Source of the DNA: a virus
Lineage: Duplodnaviria; Heunggongvirae; Uroviricota; Caudoviricetes
DNA length: 64,000 nucleotides
Virus record (IMG/VR): IMGVR_UViG_3300042009_000026
Coordinates: 128,001 to 192,000 of that record
Direction: 5' to 3' (one strand)
Positions 47,310 through 55,734 of the stretch are shown here, one piece after another (position 1 is the first letter of the stretch; each line of letters begins with the position of its first letter). The position numbers were made by a program, and so were the translations under genes. The notes under the pieces are model-generated. The model did no database searches, had not been told where the DNA came from, and saw only the letters and a list, made by a program, of their open reading frames with translations.

Positions 47310-47480
47310 ATGAAAAACCATATCTATTTCGTAATTGGTCTGATCGTTGGTTCTATTGGTCTGGCTAATCTGTCTGCTCTGGCAGATGATCGTAAAGAAG
47401 TTGTAGCCGTAGTAAAGAAAGAAATCATTCTTGGCCATCGTATCGGCCCGAATGGTCAAGAAATGCTGGTAGTTAAATAA
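47310..47480 (+). CDS. 56-aa N-anchored or exported microprotein
   Basis: MKNHIYFVIGLIVGSIGLANLSALA-DD, signal-peptide-like. Confidence 0.72.
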   Translation: MKNHIYFVIGLIVGSIGLANLSALADDRKEVVAVVKKEIILGHRIGPNGQEMLVVK

Positions 47481-47505
47481 CCCCACCTATACAGGAATAC
47501 CAACT

Positions 47506-47709
47506 ATGAATCTTCTGACACGCGTTGCTATCACCGCTACCGCTGGTATCGCTTCTGGCCTGGGCATCACCCTGCTGAAAGAAGGTATCAAACACGTCCA
47601 TTCCGAGGATCACGATGTCCGTCGTGATGCATCTATCTTCGTAGGCGCTGGCGCGTTCTGCCTGGCAGCTGGAGTAACTGCCGTTCTCTCGACCGTCTTC
47701 GAGGAATGA
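47506..47709 (+). CDS. 67-aa two-helix membrane microprotein
   Basis: AGGA SD; two Gly/Ala-rich hydrophobic segments around a charged loop. Confidence 0.78.
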   Translation: MNLLTRVAITATAGIASGLGITLLKEGIKHVHSEDHDVRRDASIFVGAGAFCLAAGVTAVLSTVFEE

Positions 47710-47990
47710 CCAGCTGGCAAATCGCAATGACACTGCTGCCCTACGTGGGCAGCATTTTGTCGTCATTCGGTGAAGCTTCAGTAAAAGCTTTCCAAACCCG
47801 CAATATTGCACAAGGCCACGAGAGGAATGCTTTCTATACCTCCATCCTAGTTGCAGGTAGTTACGTAGCTAACGTTAATTTCGTAATCATGGGTGGCTGG
47901 TGGGTATTACTTACCGCAGTTATCGGTGGTTCATTCGGCACTGTATTCGCAATGCGCTTACACAAATTTCTATTTAAGGATAAGTCATGA
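47706..47990 (+). CDS. Small multi-pass membrane protein (DUF5698-like architecture, tentative)
   Basis: About three hydrophobic segments, FQTRNI..G..A..TS, GGSFGT. Confidence 0.75.
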   Translation: MTSWQIAMTLLPYVGSILSSFGEASVKAFQTRNIAQGHERNAFYTSILVAGSYVANVNFVIMGGWWVLLTAVIGGSFGTVFAMRLHKFLFKDKS

Positions 47991-48376
47991 AACTCATTCA
48001 ACAAGCACTGGTTGTTCTGTCCAAAATCAAATCCCTTCTGGTTATCCAAGATATCAAGCAACAATTCGTGGATAAAGAAGTTGGTGCGATCATGGATCAT
48101 GTCCGTGCAAGTTATCCAGATTTCATGGTTCATGATGAATCACCCAAGATCATTCACACCATGGGTTCTGTCGAACTGGACTATGTACACATGGCTCAGT
48201 ATAAGAAGGCATTCAAAGGCCTGGGTATCGCTCTACTGAATGCTACGCCCGGAATGCAAGAACAGGGTTTCAATATGTTCCTGCGTTTTGGTAATAACAT
48301 GCTACCAGTAAAAGTCTACAAACAAGTGCACATCGGACGTGGCCAACGCTGCCGCATGATGAAGCCTGCGATTTAA
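47987..48376 (+). CDS. Hypothetical protein
   Basis: AAGGA SD, ATGA overlap. Confidence 0.75.
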   Translation: MKLIQQALVVLSKIKSLLVIQDIKQQFVDKEVGAIMDHVRASYPDFMVHDESPKIIHTMGSVELDYVHMAQYKKAFKGLGIALLNATPGMQEQGFNMFLRFGNNMLPVKVYKQVHIGRGQRCRMMKPAI

Positions 48377-48405
48377 AAGAATCCAACACCTATATTACTG
48401 TTGCG
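48370..48405 (+). promoter_or_regulatory. Early virion-RNAP promoter
   Basis: GATTTAAA-N12-C-TATATTAC at 48391-48398. Confidence 0.82.
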
Positions 48406-48435
48406 ATAACCGTTATCAATTTAAGGAGTTTCATC

Positions 48436-48552
48436 ATGAGTTCTTTCGCTAAAATTATTATTACCGCAGTCGTCTGTGGTGTAGTACAACAAGTGGTCTG
48501 CTCGATCTCCGACGTATACCGGCCTAATCCGAAGGTCGAAGAGCCGAAGTAA
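48436..48552 (+). CDS. 38-aa hydrophobic microprotein (not in ORF track)
   Basis: AAGGAG SD directly after promoter; MSSFAKIIITAVVCGVVQQVVCSISDVYRPNPKVEEPK. Confidence 0.72.
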   Translation: MSSFAKIIITAVVCGVVQQVVCSISDVYRPNPKVEEPK

Positions 48553-48590
48553 TCCCCCCGAATTCTAAATTAAGTATTGGAGCATCTATC

Positions 48591-48725
48591 ATGGGCAAAG
48601 CATTTAATGAAATGGGCACTCTCGGTAAACTGTGTATCATCGTCATCGTTGCTTACACGGTCAAAGACTGTGTGCAACATGTCACTGAAACCATCCGCAT
48701 GAACAAAGCAGCTTCTTCGAAGTAA
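48591..48725 (+). CDS. 44-aa hydrophobic microprotein (not in ORF track)
   Basis: GGAG SD; MGKAFNEMGTLGKLCIIVIVAYTVKDCVQHVTETIRMNKAASSK. Confidence 0.7.
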   Translation: MGKAFNEMGTLGKLCIIVIVAYTVKDCVQHVTETIRMNKAASSK

Positions 48726-48775
48726 TCGGCGAATCCGCCTGCTGTACAACTCAACCCCACGTAAGGAGCATCACC

Positions 48776-48943
48776 ATGCTTAGCAACCTTCTGAAACTTG
48801 CTGGTATCGCTGCCATTGGTTACATTGGCTTCCAAGTTGGTCGTCACTGGGACGAAATCTCTGCGGAGATGGATGAACTGGACCCACCTAATCCTAACGA
48901 TCCAACCGTGATCGTTGAAACCCCTGTGCCACCTGCGGAGTAA
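48776..48943 (+). CDS. 55-aa N-anchored microprotein with acidic Pro-rich tail (not in ORF track)
   Basis: AAGGAG SD; MLSNLLKLAGIAAIGYIGFQVGRHWDEISAEMDELDPPNPNDPTVIVETPVPPAE. Confidence 0.75.
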   Translation: MLSNLLKLAGIAAIGYIGFQVGRHWDEISAEMDELDPPNPNDPTVIVETPVPPAE

Positions 48944-48948
48944 ACGAC

Positions 48949-49233
48949 ATGTCTATGCTCGGTTCATTGATCAAGATCGGTGCAGTCGGCGCCATGGTAG
49001 TAATAGGGCAACGACTCTGGGACCGCTATCAGGTTGAAGACCTGTATGTGGAACTGGATGCGATCGTTGATCGTGTCCGGGCTGACAAAAATCGGCGTGG
49101 TACTGTTCGTGCACATACGCTGGTTGAAGCGAAAGAACTCATTGCTGCATTTGAGCGCAAGGTTACTTACGTCGATTCGTTAAATGAGCTTCGTCGCAAT
49201 GTCGAAATCTACATCGAGTCGATTCCTGACTGA
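48949..49233 (+). CDS. Small N-anchored membrane protein
   Basis: GGAG SD; N-terminus resembles 48776 (ML..L.K...A...G..R.WD). Confidence 0.8.
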   Translation: MSMLGSLIKIGAVGAMVVIGQRLWDRYQVEDLYVELDAIVDRVRADKNRRGTVRAHTLVEAKELIAAFERKVTYVDSLNELRRNVEIYIESIPD

Positions 49234-49238
49234 TGTCC

Positions 49239-49280
49239 TGGGGTGGGGGGCTACGGCTCCCCATCTCAATTTTCTTTTTT
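49239..49280 (+). terminator. Canonical intrinsic terminator
   Basis: G-rich stem, TACG loop, followed by TTTTCTTTTTT. Confidence 0.75.
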
Positions 49281-49313
49281 GTAGAGCACTAATTTTATTT
49301 AAGGATAAACACC

Positions 49314-49649
49314 ATGACAAACTTTCAACTGCAGATTGCTGGGAAGATTGTATTGGGGATAGTTGTTACTGCTGGTTTTATCGCCATTGCTCGTACAGCT
49401 ACTCCAATGCGTGACATCAACGACATTATCGAAGAAACGAAATATGAATGGATAGATGCCAAGCTGCGGCAGTCCATCAATGATAAATACAGTGCTGGTA
49501 AAATAACTCGTTTAGAATGGTTAGAAGCCATGCATAATGGTCCAGCTAAATTGCTGTGGCTACGGCTTTCTACCACCTATCCAAATCACACGCACTACAT
49601 CGCTAAACGTATTCGTCAAGAATATCCACACGCAACTAAATGGGTTTAA
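49314..49649 (+). CDS. Small N-anchored membrane protein
   Basis: AAGGA SD; IVLGIVVTAGFIAIA. Confidence 0.8.
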   Translation: MTNFQLQIAGKIVLGIVVTAGFIAIARTATPMRDINDIIEETKYEWIDAKLRQSINDKYSAGKITRLEWLEAMHNGPAKLLWLRLSTTYPNHTHYIAKRIRQEYPHATKWV

Positions 49650-49651
49650 TA

Positions 49652-49840
49652 ATGCGCAAGATTGCTTTGACTGTTGCTATGTGCTGCGCCATGGTGATTG
49701 GCGTGGCACAAGCCATGTGGGAAATCGAACAACCAGTAGGTGGCGTTTCAGATCAGTTCTGTAAGCGCCCTGAACATCCGTGCACAGCTTTTAACTACGA
49801 GGTGACCCATGAGTCAGTTGCATCGGTTTCCAAGCCCTGA
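49652..49840 (+). CDS. Small exported protein with signal peptide
   Basis: MRKIALTVAMCCAMVIGVAQA-M (AxA cleavage motif). Confidence 0.65.
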   Translation: MRKIALTVAMCCAMVIGVAQAMWEIEQPVGGVSDQFCKRPEHPCTAFNYEVTHESVASVSKP

Positions 49841-49988
49841 AGAAGTTGTAATGCGTTACCCGCATCTCCGTAAGAACTTGGGTCATAATCGCCCCATCGA
49901 AGACCTGGTGATACCGCATGAACTGGCGGTAAAACTATTTAGCTTACATGTCACTGCTGCATTGTTAAAAACAAGGAACAAGAAATGA
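49809..49988 (+). CDS. 59-aa hypothetical protein (not in ORF track)
   Basis: GAGGTG SD; ends in ATGA overlap with next gene. Confidence 0.62.
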   Translation: MSQLHRFPSPEEVVMRYPHLRKNLGHNRPIEDLVIPHELAVKLFSLHVTAALLKTRNKK

Positions 49989-50290
49989 TTGTTAAGACAT
50001 TCCCAACCCATGCGCAAATCTGGCCTGCCGCTCCGAAAGGGAAAGTGGACAAGTTGCGTAACCTGATTGTCAAGAACATGTTGTTCCCTGATAACCAACC
50101 GGGTTGGCAAGTATCTGGTCCGAATGGTGACCAAGGTTTCAATGTTCGGCTTCCTGGCATCTACCATGCAATGGATGTAGAAGTATATCGTCAGGAACTC
50201 GTCTTAGCTGGTTGGGAACTCCGGAAAGTTAAACACCACGCTGGGAACACCATTATTGTTCTCGTCAATGTAGGAAATGATCATGCTTGA
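49985..50290 (+). CDS. Hypothetical protein, divergent member of the L..GW.V family
   Basis: RQELVLAGWELRKV. Confidence 0.75.
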   Translation: MIVKTFPTHAQIWPAAPKGKVDKLRNLIVKNMLFPDNQPGWQVSGPNGDQGFNVRLPGIYHAMDVEVYRQELVLAGWELRKVKHHAGNTIIVLVNVGNDHA

Positions 50291-50831
50291 ACTACCTCCA
50301 AAAGCCCTCGAACTATTCACTGCGATTCCATGTAATGAGCACTATGTTAAATGGTCCGATCGCGTGCATGCGTTTTATGTCTTCATGGGTGAAACAATGC
50401 CTGATTGGTTGGATGGTTGTGCCGTTGCTGTAAATGACGGTACACTTGCATCCAGTATTGCACAGTGGAACAATGTGTTGTGCCATATGTTCGATCATGG
50501 GGTGAAGTTCCAAATAGCGAACTGCCGTTCGTATTGGTTCATCAAACGTCAGACGTCGAAGTGGGCAACTATCGAAGGCGAGCATAAACTGATTGAGTTG
50601 TGCTATGTATCGTTGTTCGGAGATACTTTCTCCGGTCACGCTACAGAATACTTTCCGGCTAACGGGCTGGATGATGTACGCATGGCGTTATACACGCGTG
50701 TACGTAATGACTGGCACTGTAAAGCGTCAGATATTGGGTATAGTGTCAAAGATGCCATCGAAGCTAACAATGATGATGAAGCTTACCGGCAATTGAAAAG
50801 GGAACTGGTCAGTACTACAGCTCCCGCATAA
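50277..50831 (+). CDS. Hypothetical protein
   Basis: 184-aa ORF. Confidence 0.78.
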   Translation: MIMLELPPKALELFTAIPCNEHYVKWSDRVHAFYVFMGETMPDWLDGCAVAVNDGTLASSIAQWNNVLCHMFDHGVKFQIANCRSYWFIKRQTSKWATIEGEHKLIELCYVSLFGDTFSGHATEYFPANGLDDVRMALYTRVRNDWHCKASDIGYSVKDAIEANNDDEAYRQLKRELVSTTAPA

Positions 50832-50920
50832 TGTGCGAGCTGCATGACCACGAATACTTAATGATCTTCCATGAACGAGTTAAGTCTCGTTCATGTTGAT
50901 TTGGTAACGGGGAAAATCAA

Positions 50921-51229
50921 ATGTCGCAAGTAGCTGAAAAAGGTTGCACAGTAAGAATCATCGAAGATAGTGATACATACGAACCAACCAAAGATCCAGT
51001 GCTGGCTAAGGTCGTGTATTCCATGCGTGGCCTGCACATCGTTGAAGGTTCCAAGCTCTGGCCTGATCGGACAGATGTGGCTGATGTTCAAGTAGCCATG
51101 GGCGAGATGTATTGCCGTGGTGGTTGGCATGCAACTCGTACCTCCAAGATCATCCGTGTCGATCATGAAAATGGTCTGGTTGAAACTTTGAATTCCGTCT
51201 ATCGCAGTATCGATGGTCGTCTGGCCTAA
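50921..51229 (+). CDS. Conserved small phage beta-rich protein
   Basis: TSKIIRVD...VETLNSVY, a common phage hypothetical motif. Confidence 0.78.
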   Translation: MSQVAEKGCTVRIIEDSDTYEPTKDPVLAKVVYSMRGLHIVEGSKLWPDRTDVADVQVAMGEMYCRGGWHATRTSKIIRVDHENGLVETLNSVYRSIDGRLA

Positions 51230-51238
51230 GGAATAGAA

Positions 51239-51445
51239 ATGCCGTTAGGTATGGCTGGTGGCACAATTGCTGCTATGGTTATAATGCTCATGCTATCTAT
51301 CGTGATTGCTCTGATAGAGATCGGCAAGAATGGGCCAAGCTGTCACAACAAATTAATGTGGTGCTTTGGTACCATGTCGGTCGAAGTGCTGGTTATTTTT
51401 GTAACCATGACCAATTACATTAATCATGGTGTCGGTGCATCATGA
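51239..51445 (+). CDS. Small two-helix membrane protein
   Basis: AAGGA SD; two hydrophobic segments. Confidence 0.72.
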   Translation: MPLGMAGGTIAAMVIMLMLSIVIALIEIGKNGPSCHNKLMWCFGTMSVEVLVIFVTMTNYINHGVGAS

Positions 51446-51705
51446 TCCAATGGCTAACACTAATAGTGGCACTAGCGGCTCTTGTAGTCGCAGTGATCGC
51501 ACTTTATCGTGCAACCCACACCGAACGTAAGGTTCAGGTTATCCCACCTCCTTGCCAACACAAGTGGGGTGTGCGCGAAATGTCAAATCGAAGTGATCGA
51601 TGGGATCGTTGCACTGGTTATGTGTACATCATGCAATGTGCAGACTGTGGTGATCTCAAAGCCACGCATATTAACGTTAACGGTCGTGATTGGACGGAAC
51701 ACTAA
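51442..51705 (+). CDS. Membrane-anchored zinc-ribbon protein
   Basis: N-terminal TM, CQHKW...CADCG. Confidence 0.75.
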   Translation: MIQWLTLIVALAALVVAVIALYRATHTERKVQVIPPPCQHKWGVREMSNRSDRWDRCTGYVYIMQCADCGDLKATHINVNGRDWTEH

Positions 51706-52199
51706 TGAAAGATGAAACGCTGTACCAAGCATTCCAAGCTTTGTTCTTTGCCTGCTGGCATTCGAAAGATAACAAACGCGAATATACCGAAAAGCTTCGT
51801 GCTTTAGCTGAACTAGGTGAAAAGGTTTGGCCAGATAAGTTCGAGATGGTTCGGAAGAATCATTCGTGGTCTACTTGGCAGCAACGTTACAATGACCCTG
51901 AGGCTATTCTGCCTCAACGTATTTGTGATGATGCGCTGCTGCAACGCATTACCATTGAGATGTTACTGAACTGTACCTTTCATGCACGAGGTGATTGGTA
52001 CATCAACATTGAATCTGAACGTGCGATCGATGATAGCCTGAACGGCATGTCATTGACTTACTACAATCGAGTAAGTGAGGAGACCCTGTATATCGGACGT
52101 TTCTTTAGTAGTGTCACTACCACAATGATGATCGAAGTTGGTCATCACATCCGTTTCATCGAGGGCGCTTCTAATCCAATGACGGCAGACACTGAATGA
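51705..52199 (+). CDS. Hypothetical protein
   Basis: TAATG coupling at 51705. Confidence 0.75.
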   Translation: MKDETLYQAFQALFFACWHSKDNKREYTEKLRALAELGEKVWPDKFEMVRKNHSWSTWQQRYNDPEAILPQRICDDALLQRITIEMLLNCTFHARGDWYINIESERAIDDSLNGMSLTYYNRVSEETLYIGRFFSSVTTTMMIEVGHHIRFIEGASNPMTADTE

Positions 52200-52444
52200 T
52201 CACGATTACACTACAAGGCATTTACGTAATCTCTTCATTGCTCAGCTTGGCTATTGCATTGGTTGTAGGTATTCATCTGCATCAACTGGATAATTGTCTT
52301 CGTGAACTTAAGGTTCACAATGATCCCAGGGTTAAATACTTCACAGCTGCTGTTAGTTTCTTCGGTACGGCTATGTGGGTTATCTTGGGTGCAATCTTCG
52401 CTTGTCTGATGGTGTACGAAGACTTCCGTAGACTCGGATTATAA
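52196..52444 (+). CDS. Small two-helix membrane protein
   Basis: ATGA overlap; two hydrophobic segments. Confidence 0.75.
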   Translation: MITITLQGIYVISSLLSLAIALVVGIHLHQLDNCLRELKVHNDPRVKYFTAAVSFFGTAMWVILGAIFACLMVYEDFRRLGL

Positions 52445-52454
52445 AAAGTACTGA

Positions 52455-52560
52455 TGCCCCCTACCTAATGTGGACATAGGTGACTAAGAGCATAGGAGGG
52501 GGCTTTTTATCGCTTTAATTGGGAGTAGAGTCTTTAGCTCTACTCTTCCTTTATTCTTTT
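52455..52560 (+). terminator. Large-loop terminator-like structure plus second hairpin
   Basis: GCCCCCT...AGGGGGC-TTTTT; GGGAGTAGAG-TCTTTAG-CTCTACTCTT. Confidence 0.55.
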
Positions 52561-52590
52561 GCTTTACAACAACCCAATAGGAAATTAACT

Positions 52591-53139
52591 ATGTTCACAT
52601 CTAGCGATAACTATCTGCCTACCATGTTGGTGGTTGGCCTGAACAAGTTTAAACAAACGGATTGGTCTGATTCGGCATGTAGTGCTGCGTCCCGTATCTG
52701 GTATAACTCTACTAACCCGAAGAAAGTTATTCGGAAGGTTGTAGTTAAGCGTCGACATCCAGATGCTCCCCATGCTGCGAAGAAGCTCCGCAAAATAGCG
52801 GAGATGGTTACGTGGTGTCTTAATGAAGGCGAGTACATGACTATCCGTCCAGACGGGTCACTGGAAAACAAATTTATGTGTCTGATCCTGACAGCCCCAT
52901 ATGCTCCCCATCATTTCACAGCTGATGAAGTAAGGATGACTGTCGATTACATCATGGCTTGTCTGAATGCATCAGCTGGACCAGATGATACAGTTAGTGC
53001 ACTAGCAACATACCTGAGGGGTTTGAGTGAGGACAAGTTGTCGAATCCAGAACTACGTGACCTGTCTTATCAGTGGTATCAGTTGATGTTGACTGATCTC
53101 GAAAACAAAATTACCCAGTTAGAAAAGGTAGCAGCCTAA
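52591..53139 (+). CDS. Hypothetical protein
   Basis: AGGA SD before ATG 52591. Confidence 0.78.
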   Translation: MFTSSDNYLPTMLVVGLNKFKQTDWSDSACSAASRIWYNSTNPKKVIRKVVVKRRHPDAPHAAKKLRKIAEMVTWCLNEGEYMTIRPDGSLENKFMCLILTAPYAPHHFTADEVRMTVDYIMACLNASAGPDDTVSALATYLRGLSEDKLSNPELRDLSYQWYQLMLTDLENKITQLEKVAA

Positions 53140-53459
53140 TGTTGGTAACAGGCTTCTATAAACATGAACCATCTATCCATGAAGATGGTAATGTAGCTAG
53201 TTACGATTCGGTTGGCATGCTTGCCGTTGACCTGAAACGTCGTGCCCGCTGTGTACTGGGCTTACGTGGCATAAATCATGCAGAGACCATGTCATTAGAT
53301 GGCAATGCTGTCCAACATGCAATGCGTATGATCGCCGGTAATCATGAAGGTAGCATACAAGTAATTGAATGGGTGATGGCCGAATATGCCACCCACATTG
53401 CTAATGAAACCCATTACTGGGAATCACCTAGGCTATCATCTGATATCCACTGGGAATAG
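53139..53459 (+). CDS. Hypothetical protein
   Basis: TAATG coupling. Confidence 0.72.
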   Translation: MLVTGFYKHEPSIHEDGNVASYDSVGMLAVDLKRRARCVLGLRGINHAETMSLDGNAVQHAMRMIAGNHEGSIQVIEWVMAEYATHIANETHYWESPRLSSDIHWE

Positions 53460-53505
53460 CTATAGCAGTAAATGCAACTATAGATCAACTACTTAGAGAA
53501 TTCAG

Positions 53506-53937
53506 ATGTTCCAGAAACTGAGAAAAGCCTTTACCCACCGATTGATCGAAGATAACAATATCAATGCTGCATTGATCCGTGAAAGGATTGACATGAATCG
53601 TCGTGTAGCTAACTTGGTAGAGCATGCACTTGTAAGTGGTGCATACGCTGGTCCACAGCTGGCTGATAATGGTTTCATGTGTATCGTTCTGTGCGAGAAC
53701 ACTACCGATCCCGAAGCAGCCATGGTTGCAAGAGAACGGATCATGGCACGCATCTATCCAAATCCCGCCTTAGTGTCGCACATGGTGAGACACGGTGAAC
53801 TGAATCTTACAGATGACCCGTTTATAATGCGTATTCATTGCTCGAATTGGTTCTGGAGTTTCATCAACGAGCAACGTGATCATGCCGATCACCTCGAACA
53901 AAACTGCTGCCCTCGCCAATTTAATAAGGTCTTGTAA
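53506..53937 (+). CDS. Hypothetical protein, paralog of 53937
   Basis: FMCIVL..ARERIMARIYP..SNWFWSFINEQR. Confidence 0.8.
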   Translation: MFQKLRKAFTHRLIEDNNINAALIRERIDMNRRVANLVEHALVSGAYAGPQLADNGFMCIVLCENTTDPEAAMVARERIMARIYPNPALVSHMVRHGELNLTDDPFIMRIHCSNWFWSFINEQRDHADHLEQNCCPRQFNKVL

Positions 53938-54398
53938 TGAAACAACTGGCTAAGTCTCTTGTCGCTGTGATCGCCCCTACTACTGAAATGGGCAAACGTT
54001 TTATCTTCGAAGCAAACCGTAACCAGGAAGTTCTTAAACTCAGACTGGCTGCTGATGCAATCGAACGAATGATCGTAGGTGGGTATTATGCAACTGAAGC
54101 ATACCGCTCTTGGTATATGTGTCTAACCCTGCGCGTAGCTCAAGAACAAGGCGTGATTAGTCGTGAAGCTAGGCATGCAGCACGTTATCACATCATGACC
54201 AAAATTTTCCCAAGATCATCTTTGCTTACTCATTTGCGATACGCTGCCAATGGGTCTGTTGATGAACTAATGGAACATGTCAATCGAGATGAATTCGAAG
54301 AACGCCTGTTCCGTTCAAATTGGTATTGGGGTTTTATTCGTGAACTGCGTGCACGTGCTTGTATACTAGAACATGAAACTTATGGAGGTCACTGGTGA
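53937..54398 (+). CDS. Hypothetical protein, paralog of 53506
   Basis: YMCLTL..ARYHIMTKIFP..SNWYWGFIRELR. Confidence 0.8.
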   Translation: MKQLAKSLVAVIAPTTEMGKRFIFEANRNQEVLKLRLAADAIERMIVGGYYATEAYRSWYMCLTLRVAQEQGVISREARHAARYHIMTKIFPRSSLLTHLRYAANGSVDELMEHVNRDEFEERLFRSNWYWGFIRELRARACILEHETYGGHW

Positions 54399-54685
54399 AA
54401 CTTCGGGATTCGGCAACAGTGGTAGGCGTATTGGTTCGAGAACACCTCGAAGCATTCGAAAAAGAATTTAATCATCAGCTGCGTAATGCCAGTGCAGCTG
54501 CACTGAATTCACGTACTGAGACAGAAGGAAAGAATCGGCGCTACTGGGGAATATCTATTCCAGTGCAAGTAAACACTGCAACGTATATTCACATCCGTGA
54601 TGAACTACGTAAAGTTGGTTGGCAAGTTCTAGACTTTGCCGACGATGTTCCTGATCGCAACACATTCAAAATCGCTGTACTGTGA
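54395..54685 (+). CDS. Hypothetical protein, FN/YW/GW family
   Basis: GGAGG SD, GTG start; FEKEFN..YWGIS..IRDELRKVGWQV. Confidence 0.8.
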   Translation: MKLRDSATVVGVLVREHLEAFEKEFNHQLRNASAAALNSRTETEGKNRRYWGISIPVQVNTATYIHIRDELRKVGWQVLDFADDVPDRNTFKIAVL

Positions 54686-54720
54686 CATAAAGCCTCTCCT
54701 TCGGGAGAGGCATTTATTTC
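54686..54720 (+). terminator. Family hairpin
   Basis: CATAAA-GCCTCTCC-TTCG-GGAGAGGC-ATTTATTTCG. Confidence 0.8.
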
Positions 54721-54727
54721 GTATTTT

Positions 54728-54766
54728 GATTTAACTTTATTTTACCGCTATATTACTAACTTGAAT
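54728..54766 (+). promoter_or_regulatory. Early virion-RNAP promoter
   Basis: GATTTAAC-N12-C-TATATTAC-TAACT-TGAAT. Confidence 0.85.
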
Positions 54767-54783
54767 ATACTAGGAGCAACACC

Positions 54784-55497
54784 ATGTCTAACCTTATCCG
54801 CGTCTATATTCGTAATAACCTTACCTCTACCGTGTTCTATTTGGTAATGGTTGATCGTAAATGCGAATGGCGCGAAAAGAACACAATGATCGATGCTGTA
54901 CGTGAAGCCATGTGGTTTGATCGTAACAGTGATACTTTCTCCAACATGTACAAGGAAGTCGCTGATTTCATCAAAGCTTCACCTAGCTTGGCTAAGTCAA
55001 TTGAAGTAATCGTCGAAGACAACAACCATGGTACGTTCTACCGCGGTGATCTCGAAGGCCTCGGCAATTTCGAAACCACTACCACCCACATCAAAGACGC
55101 TATGGCTTCTATGCCTGAAGTACCACCTGTAGAAAACTCTTCACCGACTCCACCTGAACGGGTAGAACCAGTGGAGATTCACCCACCGAGACAAATCGTC
55201 TCAACCACCGAAGTTCTCGACGTTGCTAACGAAGAGATTATCGATGAGTTCTGTCAAGAGTTCAACGATAAAATGTCCAAAGGTCAATGGGTCTTAGACC
55301 ACGCGACTTATGGGGCAGGTGGTAAACAGTATTGGAAGTTTACCTATGCGGGTACTTTCAATGCATGCACTATCGCAGCAATCGAAAAGATTCTGCACGA
55401 AGGTGGATGGAAAATCTTGGATGTCACCCATGGGGAAAGCAGGGGTGCATTCATTGATGGTCCGTTTACATGCCTGGATATCGGGCGAGCTGTGTAA
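54784..55497 (+). CDS. Two-domain hypothetical protein with C-terminal FN/YW/GW domain
   Basis: AGGAG SD; Pro-rich linker; FCQEFN..YWKFT..LHEGGWKI. Confidence 0.82.
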   Translation: MSNLIRVYIRNNLTSTVFYLVMVDRKCEWREKNTMIDAVREAMWFDRNSDTFSNMYKEVADFIKASPSLAKSIEVIVEDNNHGTFYRGDLEGLGNFETTTTHIKDAMASMPEVPPVENSSPTPPERVEPVEIHPPRQIVSTTEVLDVANEEIIDEFCQEFNDKMSKGQWVLDHATYGAGGKQYWKFTYAGTFNACTIAAIEKILHEGGWKILDVTHGESRGAFIDGPFTCLDIGRAV

Positions 55498-55510
55498 CAA
55501 GGAGGTGGGT

Positions 55511-55732
55511 ATGTCTGAAGCTATTGAAATGATGAAAACCATTGGTGATCATCATTACGTTGCAACAGATAGTCGTACTGTAATAGCTAGGGAGTATGGG
55601 TTGTCAGCAAATGGCAATCCGTACAGAGGTGCTTGGGTGTTGCGTGAATTCAACACCGGCAAGTACCTGGATCATGATCATAACCGTAATGATCTATTCG
55701 AAAGAAATAAAATTAAAATACTGGAGCTTTAA
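55511..55732 (+). CDS. Hypothetical protein
   Basis: AAGGAGGT SD before ATG 55511. Confidence 0.75.
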   Translation: MSEAIEMMKTIGDHHYVATDSRTVIAREYGLSANGNPYRGAWVLREFNTGKYLDHDHNRNDLFERNKIKILEL

Positions 55733-55734
55733 GC

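Noticed and set aside
43969-54766. Repeated promoter and hairpin motifs as a CRISPR-like array
   Set aside because: Spacing is irregular (kb scale) and the intervening DNA is protein coding; no cas genes
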